Position numbers and translations under genes: made by a program
Part shown: positions 30,367 to 40,349 of the stretch, in pieces
Position numbering within the stretch: position 1 is the first letter of the stretch
How the letters are laid out: each line of letters opens with the position of its first letter
Notes under the pieces: model-generated
Seen by the model: the letters and a program-made list of their open reading frames with translations, nothing else
Told to the model about the DNA's origin: nothing
Databases searched by the model: none
Assembly (NCBI GenBank): GCA_017623655.1
Contig: JAGAON010000001.1
Location: forward strand, 44,233 to 108,232
DNA length: 64,000 nt
Direction of reading: 5' to 3'
From: Prevotella sp.
GTDB lineage: Bacteria > Bacteroidota > Bacteroidia > Bacteroidales > Bacteroidaceae

Positions 30367-32490
30367 ATGAGACATTACAGTTCCATGATACTATCCCTGT
30401 TGCTTATGGCGGCCATGGCGGTTGCCGTGGTGTCATGCGCCCGTATGGGTTCGCCCGACGGCGGATGGTATGACGAGACGCCGCCATACGTGGTGGGCAC
30501 GACGCCTGCCGACAGGGGGACGGGGGTGAAGGACCGCAAGGTGCGCATATACTTCAATGAGTTCGTGAAACTGGAAAACGCCGCGGAGAAGGTGGTGGTG
30601 TCGCCTCCGCAGATGGAGATGCCGGAGATAAAGACGCGCGGAAAGTTCATCACCGTGGCGCTTCTCGACTCGCTGAAGGAGAATACCACATACACGATAG
30701 ACTTCTCTGACGCCATATCCGACAACAACGAGGGCAACCCCATGGGCAACTATACGTACAGTTTCTCCACCGGCGAGACCATCGACACGCTGGAAGTGTC
30801 GGGCACTGTGCTCAATGCCGAGGACCTTGAGCCGGTGAAAGGCATACTCGTGGGGCTGTATGCGCTGCCTGACAGCGCCGGGATGGCGGCGAGGGAAGCG
30901 GCTGAGGCTGCTGACACCATGCCCAAGACATCCCGCGACACCATTGCCGCGCCGACCTTCGTACGTGTCTCCCGCACCGATTCCCGCGGCCGTTTCGTGA
31001 TAAGGGGCATCGCTCCCGGCACATACACCATAGGCGCATTGCAGGACATGGACGGCAACTACCGGTTCAACGCGCTGTCGGAGATGATGGCGTTTTCGGA
31101 AGAAAGGCTCACGCCGAGGGTCTTTGTCGATACAAGGCAGGACACCGTCTGGGCGGACGCGCTGCACATCAAGGACATACACAGGGTGAAGTACAACCAC
31201 TATGTGCCGGACAACGTGGTGCTGCGGGCATTCAACCACGTGGTGAACGACAGGTATTACATAAAGGCCGAGCGCAACGAGCCCGACCGTTTTACGCTGT
31301 TCTTCACGGCGCCGGTGCCTGACGACAGCGTGGCTTTCGCCCGTCTGGGGCTGGATTATGCCTCAGAGAGGCTGCCGAGGCTTAAAGGCGTGAACTTCGA
31401 CGAGCGCGGGGCGTTTGTCACAGAGCCGTCGCTGAAGGGCGACACGGTGACATACTGGCTGCGCGACACGGCGCTGGTGAACCGTGACACCTTGCAGATA
31501 GAGATGCGCACGCTGGTGACCGACACGCTCGGCATGCTGGTAACATACACCGACACGCTGGAGATAATGCCGAAAATACCATACGAGAGGCGGATGAAGA
31601 TGAAGGCCGAGGAACTGAAAGACTGGCAGAAGAACCTTGAGAAACGCCGCAAGAAACTGAAAGAGGGCGAGGAACTGACCGACACACTGATGCCGGAGCC
31701 GAGGCTGAAGCCTAAATACAGCTTCTCAAGCTCCATCTCTCCCGACGCCACACTCGGCATAGCGTTCCCCAGTCCGATGAAAAAGGTAGATAGGGAGGCG
31801 GTGCATCTGTATGTGATGCAGGACTCACTGTGGTACCGGGCACCCTTCCTCTTCCGGCCGGTAAGGCGTGAGGGCGAGATAGTGACAGACTCGCTGACCC
31901 GCAACTGGGAGGTAATATCTGACTGGATACCGGGCGCGGAATACTCGTTCGAGGTCGATACGCTGGCCTTTGAGGACATATACGGCCGCACGTCCGTGCC
32001 ATACAAGACCGGCCTGGAGGTGCGGAGACTGGAAGAGTTCGGCTCGCTGTTCGTCAATGTGAGGTATGATGACAACACCGCCGCGGCCACACGGAAGCGC
32101 AGAGTGAAGCCCGTGGTGCTGGTGCAGCTGCTGGACAGCGGCGACAAGCCGGTGCGCACGCAGCCGGCGGAGAACGGGACGGCGGAGTTCTACTATCTCT
32201 CCGGCGGAACGTACTACATGAGAGCCGTCATAGACCGCAACGCCAACGGGGTGTGGGACACGGGAGACTACCTCACGGGAACGCAGCCCGAGGAGGTCTA
32301 TTACTACAACGGAACGGTGGAGATAAAGCCCAAGTGGGACATGACAAGGGACTGGAACCTAACCGCCACGCCGCTGGACAGGCAGAAGCCGGAAGCCATA
32401 ACGAAGCAGAAGGCGGACAGAGAGCAGAAGGTGCAGAACAGAAACGCGCAGCGGGCGGCCGACAAGGGCATACCGGCTCCGCAGCAGTGA
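30367..32490 (+). CDS. Ig-like-domain lipoprotein (conserved in Bacteroidetes)
   Basis: Lipobox VVSC-ARMGSPDGG..DETPP and NTTYTIDFSDAISDNNEGN. Confidence 0.85.
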   Translation: MRHYSSMILSLLLMAAMAVAVVSCARMGSPDGGWYDETPPYVVGTTPADRGTGVKDRKVRIYFNEFVKLENAAEKVVVSPPQMEMPEIKTRGKFITVALLDSLKENTTYTIDFSDAISDNNEGNPMGNYTYSFSTGETIDTLEVSGTVLNAEDLEPVKGILVGLYALPDSAGMAAREAAEAADTMPKTSRDTIAAPTFVRVSRTDSRGRFVIRGIAPGTYTIGALQDMDGNYRFNALSEMMAFSEERLTPRVFVDTRQDTVWADALHIKDIHRVKYNHYVPDNVVLRAFNHVVNDRYYIKAERNEPDRFTLFFTAPVPDDSVAFARLGLDYASERLPRLKGVNFDERGAFVTEPSLKGDTVTYWLRDTALVNRDTLQIEMRTLVTDTLGMLVTYTDTLEIMPKIPYERRMKMKAEELKDWQKNLEKRRKKLKEGEELTDTLMPEPRLKPKYSFSSSISPDATLGIAFPSPMKKVDREAVHLYVMQDSLWYRAPFLFRPVRREGEIVTDSLTRNWEVISDWIPGAEYSFEVDTLAFEDIYGRTSVPYKTGLEVRRLEEFGSLFVNVRYDDNTAAATRKRRVKPVVLVQLLDSGDKPVRTQPAENGTAEFYYLSGGTYYMRAVIDRNANGVWDTGDYLTGTQPEEVYYYNGTVEIKPKWDMTRDWNLTATPLDRQKPEAITKQKADREQKVQNRNAQRAADKGIPAPQQ

Positions 32491-32529
32491 CGCGCCGGAC
32501 AATGACAACAACAAAGGAGAAATCGCCTT

Positions 32530-33327
32530 ATGGAACGTTTTATCATCATCATATTCACCGCCGTAATGCTCTTGCCCGTATGCGGCAAAGGGGCGGGAGA
32601 GGCGGCGCACGCACAGTGTACGTACGAGAACAAGGCGTTCAAGGGCAGCGAGACGATACACTACAACCTCTACTTCAACTGGAAATTCATCTGGCTCAAG
32701 GCCGGCACGGCAAGCATGAAGACCTTTCCCGCGCCATATAAAGGCAGTCAGGCGTACCGCACCAGCCTCGTGACGCAGACATCAAAGACCATCGACCGCT
32801 ACTTCCGCATGAGGGACACGATAATGGTTTACTTCACTCCCGAGCTGACACCGCTGTATTACAGGAAAGGCGCAAGGGAGGGAAAGCGCTATTATGTGGA
32901 CGAGATGTGGTACACATACCCCGACGGCAAGTGCCTGACAACGCTGCGGCACCTTACCGCAGGGGGCGAGAGACGCAATGGAAAGCACCTGTACGACCGT
33001 TGCGTGTCGGATATGCTGAACAGCTTTCAGCGTGTGCGCAACTACGAGACACGCGGCTGGAAAGAGGGACATACGATACCCTTGGACATAGCCGGCAGCG
33101 AGGAACTGGTGAAAGCGAAGCTGATATACCGCGGAAAGAAGACCGTCAAGGCCGACAACGGGCAGAAATATCCCTGTCTGGTGCTGTCATACATGGAGAG
33201 GGAAGGCAAGAAAGACAAGGAGGTGGTGCGCTTCTTCGTTACGGACGACCAACGTCACATACCCGTCCGCCTTGACCTGTTCCTGAACTTCGGGTCGGCA
33301 AAGGCGTTCCTGTCAAGCATGAAGTGA
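32530..33327 (+). CDS. DUF3108 exported protein
   Basis: YNLYFNWKFIWLKAG and VTDDQRHIPVRLDLFLNFGSAKA motifs. Confidence 0.8.
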   Translation: MERFIIIIFTAVMLLPVCGKGAGEAAHAQCTYENKAFKGSETIHYNLYFNWKFIWLKAGTASMKTFPAPYKGSQAYRTSLVTQTSKTIDRYFRMRDTIMVYFTPELTPLYYRKGAREGKRYYVDEMWYTYPDGKCLTTLRHLTAGGERRNGKHLYDRCVSDMLNSFQRVRNYETRGWKEGHTIPLDIAGSEELVKAKLIYRGKKTVKADNGQKYPCLVLSYMEREGKKDKEVVRFFVTDDQRHIPVRLDLFLNFGSAKAFLSSMK

Positions 33328-33419
33328 CGCGGAGCGCCGCCTTGTGCGGCCGCATACCATCCGCCGGCCATACGGCAATTGCCGCCCCTTCTGTCGATGC
33401 GATGATTACAAACAATGTT

Positions 33420-33493
33420 GTAGGGACGCACCTTGGTGCGTCCGCCGATGCAGGTGAATGCGGTAATCCGGACGCACCTTGGTGCGTCCCTAC
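33420..33493. repeat. GTAG-type REP doublet
   Basis: GTAGGGACGCACCTTGGTGCGTCC and an inverted copy. Confidence 0.85.
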
Positions 33494-33528
33494 AAGGGAC
33501 TGCCATTCAGTAAGTTACCGAGGTGTCC

Positions 33529-33614
33529 GCAAACAGGTACTGATTACGCTGCAATCAGCACCTGTTTACCGTCTGATCAGCGGCCTTTTGCGATGCAATC
33601 GGCACCGGATTACA
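33529..33614. repeat. 22-bp tandem array
   Basis: gcaatcagcacctgtttaccgt and neighbouring units. Confidence 0.7.
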
Positions 33615-33714
33615 GACATGGAGAATCGTGTGTGTTTTGTTTCTCGATACGATGATGTTTATCGCCTATATTTGTATTTTGTTATTTATGTTTTTGAAAA
33701 TTCCTGCATAAACA

Positions 33715-33746
33715 TTTGGACGTAAGTTAAAATATTTGTACTTTTG
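33715..33746 (+). promoter_or_regulatory. Consensus sigma-A promoter
   Basis: TTTG-20 nt-TACTTTTG. Confidence 0.7.
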
Positions 33747-33845
33747 CAAGCAACTCAGGGCATCATGCCTGACTAAGGCGGGTAAACAAGACGTGTCGGC
33801 ATAAGTGTCATGAGAGTAAAAAACAGACAATTAAAGGCAAGAGTT

Positions 33846-34001
33846 ATGGATATAGAAAAGAGAGACGAATTTGTAAGGATAGTCCGCAACGCCAAGCAAC
33901 GTAAGCGCGAATGGGAAATCAAGGTTGCAGACAAACTGAAAACGTTGCAGAACGAACTTGACAACAGGCAGACAAGGATAAACACCGCGTGCCATGAATA
34001 G
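33846..34001 (+). CDS. Small basic helical hypothetical protein (51 aa; alternative start at 33810)
   Basis: MDIEKRDEFVRIVRNAKQRKREWE..., downstream of a consensus promoter and overlapping the next ATG. Confidence 0.55.
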   Translation: MDIEKRDEFVRIVRNAKQRKREWEIKVADKLKTLQNELDNRQTRINTACHE

Positions 34002-34092
34002 TCTTGATCTTAGTAGAGTAAATGTAGTTTCTGATTCCATATTGGAATATTTTGAAAATGAAATAGGAATGTTCAGGGAGAATAAACCGTAA
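33994..34092 (+). pseudogene. 32-codon ORF, possibly an internally deleted DUF6169-like gene
   Basis: MNSLDLSRVNVVSDSILEYFENEIGMFRENKP. From memory, its two ends resemble the N- and C-termini of larger Prevotella proteins; this is not verified. Confidence 0.4.
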
Positions 34093-34148
34093 ACAAAAAA
34101 CTTGTTTTGCGTCGCCCTCCTCCCGCTGCAATGCCGGCAGACGATGCG

Positions 34149-34286
34149 GTAGGGACGCACCTTGGTGCGTCCGCCGATGCAGGTGAATGCAGTAACCCGG
34201 ACGTGCCGATGCGGTGATTCGGACGCACCAAGGTGCGTCCCTACAAGGTTGGAGATATTTGCTGCACGCAGGATGCCGTGCCTACT
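34149..34286. repeat. GTAG-type REP doublet plus an inverted GTAGGCACGGCATC REP
   Basis: Copies at 34149-34172/34221-34244 and 34262-34284. Confidence 0.8.
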
Positions 34287-34320
34287 GTGGGACATTCAAG
34301 TCTGACCGTATGATACACGG

Positions 34321-34363
34321 ACAGCCCCGCATTCCATTTCGAAATGCGGGGCTGTTTCTTTTT
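34321..34363. terminator. Intrinsic terminator hairpin
   Basis: ACAGCCCCGCATT...AATGCGGGGCTGT followed by TTCTTTTT. Confidence 0.7.
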
Positions 34364-34457
34364 ATGCCAGCGACAGTCTGATACCCCTGTGGTAGAGACG
34401 ATGTACCACATCGTCTCCAATGGCATTAAGGGGATAGAACCGGTGCGCCGTTTATGC

Positions 34458-35597
34458 TTACTTCATCTGTGCGCCGGCTACGGAGTACTCTGCATCACCC
34501 TTGACGATGACGATGCTGCCGTTCTTTGCAACCTTGACTGCCTTGGCGGCTGCTGCGTTGTCTTTTGCCACAGACGCAACACCCGTCGGAGAATAGTCAG
34601 CCTCTATCACGAAGCAAGCCTGCTCGCCGGTGTTGGTGAATGTAATCTCGGATAGTCCTTCGGCGAACACGTATTTGTTAACGTCAGGGTTTGCTCCGTC
34701 CTTATAGCTCTCCATTTCGGTAGCCGTGCCGTCCTCAAGACTGTAAGTTGTGCCGCCAACTTCCTTCCAGAAGCATGGACGGGCTGTCTTTGCGTCCTTG
34801 TTCACATAGCTGTAAATAGTGAGCACATATACCTTCTTGCCCTCCGGAGCATAGAATGTGTTTTGTGCGCCGTTGGAAACCTTTGTGCTGGTGTATTTGG
34901 AATTGCCGATGGTGATGGAGGAAGCACTGCTGTAAGTCTTTGTCGCATTACCCGTGAGGGCTATCTTTGCGCCGTCACCATAGACCATTGTGCTGAAACC
35001 GTCAACGGTTGAGGCTGCGGCGTTGGCGTAGTATTTTGCTGTCGGAGCAACGTATGTGCCCTCGCCGAAGCCCAAGGCATGGAGCTGTATGGTGCCGCCC
35101 TTGGCGTAGATGGTGTAGGTATGGCCTTCCTGGAACTTGTAAACACCCTTGCAGAAGAGGTAGTCATCGTCGGGGTTGCTGGCTTCCTGAACGATGCTCA
35201 CAGCTTCCTTGGCTGCCTGGTCGTAGCAGTCTATTGACTTTGTTGCGCCCACCTTGTAGTAGAGCGTCATGTCGGTGTTCTTCTTGGCGTTGACAACGAT
35301 GGCCACGTTTGTCTCGTGCGCCGTGCCTGTCGGGTTGGCTGCTGACGGTGCGTCTGTGACGCGCACGCCGAGGTAGTGGGTGAAGGTCTTGTCGAAGTAA
35401 GTGACGGGAGCCGAGTTGCCGCCTTCGTCCTCAATCAGTGTGCCCGATGTGGTGTTGTTGGCTGTTGTGACTGTTGCGTAGTCGTTGTCAACAAGTGTTG
35501 TACCGTCGGCGAGGTAAATGTTGCCGCAGGTCCAGTCTTGTGCGTTGGCGGAAACGGCAAGCACGGCTGCCGCGATAAGTGTAAAGATTTTTTTCAT
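34458..35597 (-). CDS. Secreted PUL protein with a T9SS-type C-terminal signal; putative glycan-binding
   Basis: Signal peptide MKKIFTLIAAAVLAVSANA and C-terminus PTGVASV...VKVAKNGSIVIVKGDAEYSVAGAQMK. No catalytic motif recognised. Confidence 0.75.
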   Translation of the reverse strand: MKKIFTLIAAAVLAVSANAQDWTCGNIYLADGTTLVDNDYATVTTANNTTSGTLIEDEGGNSAPVTYFDKTFTHYLGVRVTDAPSAANPTGTAHETNVAIVVNAKKNTDMTLYYKVGATKSIDCYDQAAKEAVSIVQEASNPDDDYLFCKGVYKFQEGHTYTIYAKGGTIQLHALGFGEGTYVAPTAKYYANAAASTVDGFSTMVYGDGAKIALTGNATKTYSSASSITIGNSKYTSTKVSNGAQNTFYAPEGKKVYVLTIYSYVNKDAKTARPCFWKEVGGTTYSLEDGTATEMESYKDGANPDVNKYVFAEGLSEITFTNTGEQACFVIEADYSPTGVASVAKDNAAAAKAVKVAKNGSIVIVKGDAEYSVAGAQMK

Positions 35598-35650
35598 GAA
35601 TGTTGTTTGATTTGTTGGTTTGTTATAAGTAATTTATTTCCTTTTTTTAT

Positions 35651-35688
35651 CTAACACCGCCCATCGTGTTAGGAATGGGCGGTGTTAG
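35651..35688. other. Intercistronic stem-loop
   Basis: CTAACACCGCCCAT / ATGGGCGGTGTTAG 14-bp stem, with no U-tract on the coding strand. Confidence 0.6.
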
Positions 35689-35732
35689 CTTTGTTGTGTC
35701 CATAGAGGGTGTGATGCCTCCGTGGATGTTGC

Positions 35733-38102
35733 TTACCTTTGCTGACGCCACTTGCTTGCGCCTACGTTGTTGAGGTAGATGGCGTTGCTGAAGTCCTTGA
35801 AGTGGAGGTCAACCATGCCCACGCCAACGTTGTTGGTGGCGGTGACAGTGCCGTCGATACCGTCGCAGCGGTGGTCGTTGTGATGAGGTACGCCGGCTGT
35901 CTGCACGAATGGCGGGTTGGGCTGTACCATCAGCTGTGTGGCCTTTATGTCGGCGGCCTTTACTACAAGTCCCTCGCGGCCGAACTCGCCCCATTCTACC
36001 TCCTTGTCATCCCCTACATCGATAAGCTTGCCGAAGGCGTTCTTAGTACCGCTGAAGCCGGAAGCCGGGTCGTTCCAAATCTGATCGTCAGGACATCCCT
36101 CAGCAGCCTCATTGGTTGACCAGTTGTTGCCGATATCGACTTTCACCTTATTGTCACTACCGCCACGCATTGTTCTCATATCGCAACCTACGAAGAAGAT
36201 AGGACGAGCGGTGTCCTCTGCCTTACGGGTGCTGATGAAGAGGTTGTTCTTGATGGTGAATGTAGAACCACCAGGGAACTGTCTCATGTAGAAGAAGTGG
36301 CAACCGTTGCTTCTACCGAAGTTGACGATGGTGTTGTTCTCAACGGTGATGTTGTATTGGAAGTCTGCCGGCCAGTCCTCCTTAGGATCATTGTTGTGAG
36401 AGAAGAAACGGCCGAGTGAGTTGTCGAAGACGGTGCATTCGCGGAACACGAAGTTCTTGAAGATGTTTTGGCGCACGCTCTTGTCCGGGTGAGTGTGGAA
36501 ATAGTTGTAGCGGCGTCCGGAGGTGGAGTAATATCCGCCGTTGTAGAAGTCGCAGTTTTCCACGGTGAAGTTTTCTATCTCGTAGCCGTAAGAGCCTTGC
36601 ACACGGAAGAATCCGCCGATGCAGTCCTGGAACGAGCAGTTGGTGAAGCGCATCTCCTGCATGCTCACACCCATGCTGTTGCCGTAGGTGTTCATGAAGT
36701 ATGAGTTTGTGGCTGCCGGGTCACCGACGTTCTTTGCCAATGGTGCGCCGAAGTCGATGTCTTCCACTATGAATGTCTCCATGTCAAGGGCGATGAGCGG
36801 GTTCTCTGAACCTTGTGCGGTACGTCCGAGCATGAATGAGGCGTATGAGTTGCCGCCTGCGCCGGTGAAGTCGAAGCCGTGGTAGGTATATACCTTCGCA
36901 CGGCCCTTGCCCGCCGCGAGATCCTCTGGGTTGGTAGCCAGACGGAAGCCTTTATAGACATTCATACCGCCGCGCAGGAAGTAGGTCTGTCCGCCTTCAA
37001 GGTAGAAGGTCTGGCCCTCGGCAAGTGTGAGGTCTGTCATGAATGACACCAGGGTCTCCTGTATGGAGGTGGCAGGTACGGGCAGTTGCTCCGCATACTG
37101 CGTTCCGCTGATTTCGAAGTGTATGGTGTCCTGGGGGTTGGCCGCAAGGAGTATGGGCTCGCCCGGATCACCCTTCATGCGCTGCATGATACCGTTGAAC
37201 TTGGCGTCAACGATGGGCTTGTCTGCGAGAAGGTTCTCGTCGAGAGCCTCACAGACATATACGGCGTTCTGGTCAAGGCCTTCGATGTGTACTGTGGCCG
37301 TGCCGTCTTCCTGCCATACGTCATCGGGTATCTTGTACATCTTGAGCTCCTCGGGAACGTTTGCCGTCGGGTTGGATGATGACGCATATACCATGATGTG
37401 TGTGACGCGCCATACCTGATTGCCGAAGGCGTCGGTCTCGGTGGCGAAGTGCTGGCTGAACTCTTCTATAAGCTCCGGGGTGTACTTGTTGTTGTAAACG
37501 CCTGCCACCACGTTGTTGTTGTCATGGTTGAAGCCAAGATATGAGCGGTCAAGGAAGATGTCAAAGCCAGTTTTTGTGGCGTTACCCTTCTGGTAGATGA
37601 TGTTCGGCACGTTGTAGCGGTCGTTTGTGCGTATGCTCATGTAGTCCGCCCAATGGCCGGTGTCGCCATAGCCGTACCATAGGGAATGGTGTGCCTCGCC
37701 CCTTGCCGAGAGTGCGCGGATGGCAAAGTAATAATCCGTGGAATAGGCAAGGTCCTTAAGGAGCAGGTTGTCAGTGTCCGCACCTTCTATCCTGTGGGTC
37801 TCGACCTTTGTCTCGTCAGCCCAGTCCTCGGCGGTGTTGAGCTTCTGTGTCGCCACCTTTATCTCATAGCCGATGCAGTCTTCGCCGACACGTGACCAGT
37901 AGAGCTGGATGGTGTTCAGTCCTTGGACGCCACAGATGTACGGATCATTGGAGCCCGCGTTCACCGTATAGCGGTTACGGAACTGTGGCTGCATAAGGCG
38001 GTCGGAGTCCGGGCCGGCTGTGCCATTGTCTGTCTGGTCGCTACATGCCGCCATTGCAATCAGTGCGAGCAGAGTCAGTAAGTATGATTGTAACTTTTTC
38101 AT
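35733..38102 (-). CDS. Surface lipoprotein with Fn3-like and beta-helix (DUF4957/DUF5123-like) regions; putative surface glycan-binding protein
   Basis: Lipobox MAAC, an Fn3-like segment (LAYSTDYYFAIRALS), and beta-helix rungs FTNCSF/VENCDF/FRECTV/VENNTI. It lies downstream of susD. Confidence 0.75.
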   Translation of the reverse strand: MKKLQSYLLTLLALIAMAACSDQTDNGTAGPDSDRLMQPQFRNRYTVNAGSNDPYICGVQGLNTIQLYWSRVGEDCIGYEIKVATQKLNTAEDWADETKVETHRIEGADTDNLLLKDLAYSTDYYFAIRALSARGEAHHSLWYGYGDTGHWADYMSIRTNDRYNVPNIIYQKGNATKTGFDIFLDRSYLGFNHDNNNVVAGVYNNKYTPELIEEFSQHFATETDAFGNQVWRVTHIMVYASSSNPTANVPEELKMYKIPDDVWQEDGTATVHIEGLDQNAVYVCEALDENLLADKPIVDAKFNGIMQRMKGDPGEPILLAANPQDTIHFEISGTQYAEQLPVPATSIQETLVSFMTDLTLAEGQTFYLEGGQTYFLRGGMNVYKGFRLATNPEDLAAGKGRAKVYTYHGFDFTGAGGNSYASFMLGRTAQGSENPLIALDMETFIVEDIDFGAPLAKNVGDPAATNSYFMNTYGNSMGVSMQEMRFTNCSFQDCIGGFFRVQGSYGYEIENFTVENCDFYNGGYYSTSGRRYNYFHTHPDKSVRQNIFKNFVFRECTVFDNSLGRFFSHNNDPKEDWPADFQYNITVENNTIVNFGRSNGCHFFYMRQFPGGSTFTIKNNLFISTRKAEDTARPIFFVGCDMRTMRGGSDNKVKVDIGNNWSTNEAAEGCPDDQIWNDPASGFSGTKNAFGKLIDVGDDKEVEWGEFGREGLVVKAADIKATQLMVQPNPPFVQTAGVPHHNDHRCDGIDGTVTATNNVGVGMVDLHFKDFSNAIYLNNVGASKWRQQR

Positions 38103-38120
38103 TTGAATGTTGTTTTGGTT

Positions 38121-40319
38121 TTAATATCCGTAGTAATTCCTGTATGCGCCGGATGAACGTGTTATGGCCTCGCGTGGTATCGGCAGCAGGTAACGCACTA
38201 CCGGCAGGTCGGCAACGTTTACGGAAGCGAGATCCACTCTTTCCTCTACACCGTCACGCACAACGTATATGGTGTTCTTGGCGGTCTCTCCGCTTTCTCC
38301 GGCATGGATGAAGCCATAGAGTGAGTAGAGCACGCCGTCCTTAGGACATGAGGCGTCACTGTCATACCATTCCAAGGTGCGGTATTCCCATGGGTTCTTG
38401 GTGCTGCTGGCGTTGTTAGGCTCAGGAATGGGCTTGTATGTTGACTCAACCGCATTCGGGAAGTTGTTTTTCAGGAACTTGAAGAACTTCTCGGGAGAGC
38501 CGATTTCCGCCTTTGGCTGTGCCACGTATGCCTCAGGGTTATAGACATAGATGGTAGGCAGCTCGCTGTTGGCAAAGAACTTGTTGTCCTTAGGATTGTC
38601 TATGTAGCAGTAATAGATGGTCTGGGTCAGCAGAGGTGACTTTGGCTGGCCTACCGCCTTGTTGTAGGCGTCGTCGCCGGGAATGGCCGCGTCGATTTCC
38701 TCTTGCGTGTATGTGCCGTTGCTTGAGAAGTAGTCCACGCCGTCGTATGCCTGTACGAGGTCTTCCTCCGCACCTTCCGACACGCCGCCCATGTTGAGGG
38801 CCACGGCGTGATTGCGCATGAACGTGTAGTAGAGAACCTCTGAGAGCTTATTGTTACGCACGAGATCCTTCCAGCGGCTGTTCTCTCCGGCGAACTCCCA
38901 CTTGCGTTCGTCAAGGATTTCTTTCAGGAAAGCCTCAGGACTTGCGCCTGCCACGGCAGGAGCGGCCTTGCCGGAACCGATGTAGGCACGGTTACGTACC
39001 TTCTGCACGCATTCCTTTGCCTCGTCGCTGACATTGTTGGTGAGTTTTACGTCAGCCTCCGCCCACATCAGGAGCACGTCCGCATAACGGAGGTAGGGAT
39101 AGTTGATGCCGGTGTTGCTGGCAGTGGTGTTGTTGAACGCCTTGGTCTTGTTCCAGAGCTTGGACCACTTGTTGTTATACATGGAGAGGTTAGAGGCTCC
39201 TATAATCTTAGGTGTGCCGTCGTATGTATATTCCCACCAGCCGATTGTGGCGTCCTTGCGTGTGTCTCCGGGTTTGTATGAGAAGCGGTGCAGTACGCTT
39301 ACCTGCTGGTTGCCGCCGGTCTCGCCCCACTCGTAGTTTGTCACGCCGCCGTTAGAAGCGAACTTTGGTCCCTGACGGTAGCCTATGCTGCCTGACGACT
39401 CCTGTGCGAACGGTATCTCGAAGATAGGATCGTCACCGCGCAGAAGCTCGAAGTTACACTCTGCAAGGAACACGTCCTGATAACTCTTGACAAGGTCGTG
39501 CTTGTTGCTTTGTATCACCTTGCCGGCGTATTCGCGGGCTTTCGTGAGGAACCATGTCTCTGTCTCTGCGGCAGGCTTGCCCATATAGCCGTAGCTGCTT
39601 GCGTCATCCTCCGCGTGGCGCAGTGAGTATCCTGCCGCTTGCAGGGCGATACGCGCTATGATGCCGTAGCAGGCCTCCTGGCTGATACGCTCGATGGTTG
39701 TCTCGTCTGATGACTGCATATCCTTTGCGGCGTCTTCAAGGTCGAGTATAAGCCGCTTGGCTATGGTGTCACGTGGCGTGATTACCGGATAATAGTTGCC
39801 GGTAACGGATGTCGGTTCTGTCGGGAACGGCACGTCACCCCAGTAGCACAGAAGCTCGTTGTAGAGCATTGCGCGGATAGCCTTTGCCTCACCCATATAC
39901 TGTGCGAGTGTGCGCCAGTCGTCGCTTGACTTTGTGTAGATTGGGCTTTTCCCGAGATTGTAGATGAAGTTGTTGGCACTCTCTATCGCATTGTACGTGG
40001 TGTTCCACACACTGTTGGCGGTAGAGCTGCTTGCGTCCACGTCGTAACGCTTTGGGGTGTTGGTCTGCCTTGTTGACGAAGAGTTGCTGTTGAAGTCAAC
40101 GTCACTGTTGAGTATCAGCGAATATGTGAAGGCCTGCCCGAAGGTGTTTCCCTCCAGCAGTCCCCTGTAAACGCCGTTGAGTGCCGTGCCCGTCTCTTTT
40201 GTAGAACCGTAGATCTTCTCTATGTCATGCTTTGACGGCGCGTCAACATCAAGGTAATCGTTACATGCCGTCAGCGACATGATGCCGAGTCCGCTTATTA
40301 ATATATTTCTTAATTTCAT
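38121..40319 (-). CDS. susD: SusD/RagB-family lipoprotein
   Basis: LTAC-NDYLD, GEAKAIRA, WGDVP, LRYADVLLMWAEA and ERKWEFAGENSRWKDLVR motifs. Confidence 0.93.
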   Translation of the reverse strand: MKLRNILISGLGIMSLTACNDYLDVDAPSKHDIEKIYGSTKETGTALNGVYRGLLEGNTFGQAFTYSLILNSDVDFNSNSSSTRQTNTPKRYDVDASSSTANSVWNTTYNAIESANNFIYNLGKSPIYTKSSDDWRTLAQYMGEAKAIRAMLYNELLCYWGDVPFPTEPTSVTGNYYPVITPRDTIAKRLILDLEDAAKDMQSSDETTIERISQEACYGIIARIALQAAGYSLRHAEDDASSYGYMGKPAAETETWFLTKAREYAGKVIQSNKHDLVKSYQDVFLAECNFELLRGDDPIFEIPFAQESSGSIGYRQGPKFASNGGVTNYEWGETGGNQQVSVLHRFSYKPGDTRKDATIGWWEYTYDGTPKIIGASNLSMYNNKWSKLWNKTKAFNNTTASNTGINYPYLRYADVLLMWAEADVKLTNNVSDEAKECVQKVRNRAYIGSGKAAPAVAGASPEAFLKEILDERKWEFAGENSRWKDLVRNNKLSEVLYYTFMRNHAVALNMGGVSEGAEEDLVQAYDGVDYFSSNGTYTQEEIDAAIPGDDAYNKAVGQPKSPLLTQTIYYCYIDNPKDNKFFANSELPTIYVYNPEAYVAQPKAEIGSPEKFFKFLKNNFPNAVESTYKPIPEPNNASSTKNPWEYRTLEWYDSDASCPKDGVLYSLYGFIHAGESGETAKNTIYVVRDGVEERVDLASVNVADLPVVRYLLPIPREAITRSSGAYRNYYGY

Positions 40320-40349
40320 GTTGTTTCAGTTTCTTTTGGTAATCTGTAA

